This document shows, piece after piece, positions 61,829 through 64,000 of a stretch of DNA of 64,000 nucleotides. The notes under the pieces were generated by a model. That model was given only the letters and a program-made list of their open reading frames with translations. It did not search any database and had not been told where the DNA came from. Each line of letters opens with the position of its first letter. The first letter of the stretch is position 1. The stretch lies in assembly GCF_988243305.1 (NCBI RefSeq), contig NZ_OZ547136.1; one strand, 5' to 3'. The translations under genes were made by a program, and so were the position numbers.

Positions 61829-62017
61829 TTAATGAACTGCCTTGCAGCTATCCTTCCAGGCCAGAACCTCGGATAAAGACCAGCCAACGGAACGACCGCC
61901 AAGTTTACGACGTGATGGGAATTGTCCGGCCTTTTCCAGGCGGTAGCGACACGTACGGCTAAGGCCGGTTAGTTTTTCGCATTCTTTTTCACGTATAAAC
62001 CGATCAGTGCTTAACAC
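61829..62017 (-). CDS. alpA: AlpA-family transcriptional regulator / excisionase
   Basis: 62-aa ORF ...EKLTGLSRTCRYRLEKAGQFPSRRKLGGRSVGWSLSEVLAW... (AlpA HTH pattern). Confidence 0.7.
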   Translation of the reverse strand: MLSTDRFIREKECEKLTGLSRTCRYRLEKAGQFPSRRKLGGRSVGWSLSEVLAWKDSCKAVH

Positions 62018-62290
62018 TATTGCCCCCTTTCGTTTCTTAAAGAGTCATCAGGTGTCTTATTGTGTCGTATTGTTCCCGCTAGAGTGATAAATGGCAAATA
62101 CTGAGGATGTATGATTTACAGAAAATGAAACAGTAAGAATAAAATCTTTTAAATTCATGTTAATACAAAGGCATAAAATATTGTTTCATGCCTTTTTTCT
62201 CGCTCTTTAAAGAGTGATTCGCTAGTGTATAAAAAACCAGTAACGCATTAAAAATCAGCTACTTATAAATCCGTACGCTTTTTCGCCTCT

Positions 62291-62340
62291 TGTTCGTAGT
62301 TGTTCCACATTGTTGCTCATTGTTGCACGTTGTATCTGTT
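62291..62340. repeat. Five tandem 10-bp repeats TGTTnnnnnT (GAACAA-type on minus strand) between int and alpA
   Basis: tgttcgtagt tgttccacat tgttgctcat tgttgcacgt tgtatctgtt read directly. Confidence 0.55.
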
Positions 62341-62381
62341 CGCATATACAGTATGCGCATACTGAAAAAACACGAAAAAAA

Positions 62382-63599
62382 TTATTTTCTTCTGGCTACT
62401 GGTAGCGTGGTTACGTTTTCATGTGTTCCCGCCAGTATCCCTAACCGCTCCGTCCACATATCCAGCGCATTGCGTTTAGCATCCAGATAACGGGAATGAT
62501 TATAAACTCGCTGCATTCCTGGCATCTGGTGGCCTGTAAGCTGCTCCACGACATGCGGATCAACGCCTAAATCGTTCAGCATGGTTGTAAAGGTGCGCCG
62601 GATGTCATGCAGTGACCAGTGAGGATGATTAAGCCTCCTGTGCGCTAATCTTCCATACTGCGATACGCTGGCCTCCTGTTTCACTTCCCCCAGCAATAAG
62701 CCCGTGTGCCTGTTCTGCTCCACCAGCTGCGTGACGAACGGCAGGATCGCTTCCGGTATGGGCCGGAATATTGCGACCTTCGTTTTGCTGTGCTCCTTCG
62801 GAACGGTCCATAGCATTTCCGTAAAATCCCACTCCCCGATCTCCGATAACCTCAGTTCTACCGTTCTGGCTCCGAAGACAATCAGGAGGCGGATTAACGC
62901 GACGTAGTAAGGGGAGAATATTTTTTTGTCCAGTGCCTGCAATAATTCGCCAAGTTCTTTGTTACTTAAGACACGTTCGCTTATATCCGGTTTTTTCCCA
63001 ACGTCCGCCACGTTCAGATCGTCCAGAACGTTGCTGATTGCATAGCGCCGCCTACGGCAGAACTTAAGCGCCTGTTTGCACGCCTGTAGCACGAATCCGG
63101 CAGTAACAGGCGTTCGCTTTGCCACCTGGTCAAAACAGGCCAGCCAGTGCCGTAGCTCGCATTTATCCAGCGGCATAGCACCAATCTGCTGTATTACGTG
63201 ATTATTAAGTCGCCTTTTCAGGGCGATATAATCCACGCGGTTTTCCTTTACGTAATACTCAAGCCAGTAGGTGAGCGCATCGCCAACCGTTACGGGCTTT
63301 AACGCTTCCTGTACGGTGTAATTCATCTCATGACGTGGATTTTTCCCCTCAGCCAGCCATGTGCGACACTGTGCGGCTTTTTCCCTGGCTGCTTTCAGGC
63401 TCAGATCAGGATAACTTCCCAGCTTAATGCGTTCGGGTCGTGTCTCCCTTCCCGTTCCGGCCCTGTATGTGAAATACCAGGTCAATTTCCCTGATGTTAA
63501 ATATTTCACGCTCAGGTTTCCGCCATCACTATAAAACGTGTTTTTCTCCGCTGGCTTACCATGAAGTTTCCTTAGCAAGGTATCGCTCAGTTTGTTCAT
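62382..63599 (-). CDS. int: Tyrosine integrase (P4-like, PICI-type)
   Basis: MNKLSDTLLRKLHGKPAEKNTFYSDGGNLSVKYLTSGKLTWYFTYRAG...; C-terminal ...HDIRRTFTTMLNDLGVDPHVVEQLTGHQMPGMQRVYNHSRY; track ORF starts 4 codons earlier at GTG. Confidence 0.9.
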   Translation of the reverse strand: MNKLSDTLLRKLHGKPAEKNTFYSDGGNLSVKYLTSGKLTWYFTYRAGTGRETRPERIKLGSYPDLSLKAAREKAAQCRTWLAEGKNPRHEMNYTVQEALKPVTVGDALTYWLEYYVKENRVDYIALKRRLNNHVIQQIGAMPLDKCELRHWLACFDQVAKRTPVTAGFVLQACKQALKFCRRRRYAISNVLDDLNVADVGKKPDISERVLSNKELGELLQALDKKIFSPYYVALIRLLIVFGARTVELRLSEIGEWDFTEMLWTVPKEHSKTKVAIFRPIPEAILPFVTQLVEQNRHTGLLLGEVKQEASVSQYGRLAHRRLNHPHWSLHDIRRTFTTMLNDLGVDPHVVEQLTGHQMPGMQRVYNHSRYLDAKRNALDMWTERLGILAGTHENVTTLPVARRK

Positions 63600-63635
63600 T
63601 GCTCTGCTCACGTTTTACCCCCTCTTTACGAAAAA

Positions 63636-63708
63636 GTGACTACACCAGTGACTACACCGATCGTTGCACAAAGGGCTACAACGTGAAACAAGCTGGAACA
63701 AGGAAAAT
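63636..63708 (+). repeat. Arm-type direct repeat block, right end (GTGACTACACC x2 plus GAAACAA/GGAACAA)
   Basis: gtGACTACACCaGTGACTACACCgatcgttgcac...gtgaaacaagctggaacaa; matches left block at 48539-48597. Confidence 0.6.
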
Positions 63709-63786
63709 CACAAATCTGTTGATAATCAAAAACATAATGCACAGCCTGAAACATTATGAAACAGCAAAAAACACTAAATGATAAAA

Positions 63787-63795
63787 TGCTGTTAT
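63787..63795 (+). repeat. attR core (TGCTGTTAT)
   Basis: Identical to 48458-48466; tqsA sequence resumes here. Confidence 0.7.
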
Positions 63796-64000
63796 TCTTA
63801 ACCCGCTGGTGCAACACATGGTCCGCTGGCGAGTGCCGCGTGTACTGGCGGTGTCGATTTTGATGACCATCATCGTGATGGCGATGGTGTTGCTGTTAGC
63901 TTATCTGGGTTCCGCACTCAACGAGTTGACGCGGACGTTACCGCAATATCGCAACTCTATTATGACGCCGCTGCAAGCGCTTGAACCGTTGTTGCAACGC
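63787..64000 (+). pseudogene. tqsA: tqsA 3' portion (continues beyond window end), separated from its 5' end by the island
   Basis: In-frame [69 protein letters not shown], contiguous with the 48330-48466 fragment once the island is removed. Confidence 0.85.

Larger units (their letters stand above)
48458..63795. mobile_element. Tail-less phage satellite / PICI-like island (~15.3 kb) with own capsid and packaging genes, integrated in tqsA
   Basis: Bounded by 9-bp direct repeat TGCTGTTAT that splits tqsA; int and alpA at one end, helicase plus iteron ori, HK97-like capsid, protease, portal, connectors, HNH, TerS, TerL; no tail or lysis genes. Confidence 0.8.

Overview
The window is Escherichia coli chromosome carrying two mobile elements around a conserved core block. 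(1) Positions 1 to ~27300 are one end of a mosaic lambdoid prophage; it continues beyond the window start and its integrase abuts rspB (the site of defective prophage Qin in K-12). In window order it carries lambda-type packaging genes (B partial, W, A, Nu1) and cos, bor, an Rz/Rz1 spanin pair, a phage-21-type lysis pair (SAR endolysin, pinholin), a cargo locus with two TolA-C-terminal-domain lipoproteins, two tRNA genes, Q with a pR'/tR'-like unit, rusA, a DUF968 gene and hok. A ~6.5 kb non-phage cargo block follows (MFS transporter, ChaC-like, LysR, membrane protein, BetT-like transporter), then a replication initiator with internal iterons, a cro-like/repressor immunity region with operators, ralR, an 823-aa protein with a C-terminal DnaQ-like exonuclease domain, xis and int. 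(2) Positions ~27300 to 48460 are core genes in K-12 order: rspBA, ynfABCD, speG, ynfEFGH, dmsD, clcB, bioD2, mlc, ynfLM, asr, ydgU, ydgD, mdtJI. (3) Positions ~48460 to 63795 are a ~15.3 kb tail-less satellite island inserted in tqsA, flanked by a 9-bp direct repeat. It has an integrase, alpA, a helicase-like ATPase with an iteron origin, SSB and a full HK97-like capsid and packaging set, but no tail or lysis genes, which fits a capsid-forming PICI-type element. The strongest leads are this island and the prophage TolA-like lipoprotein pair; I cannot establish from sequence alone that either is previously undescribed. All calls rest on the ORF track, reading of the sequence and recalled protein families; no database search was run. 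Coordinates derived by hand (tRNAs, repeats, small ORFs, att cores) may be off by 1-2 bp.
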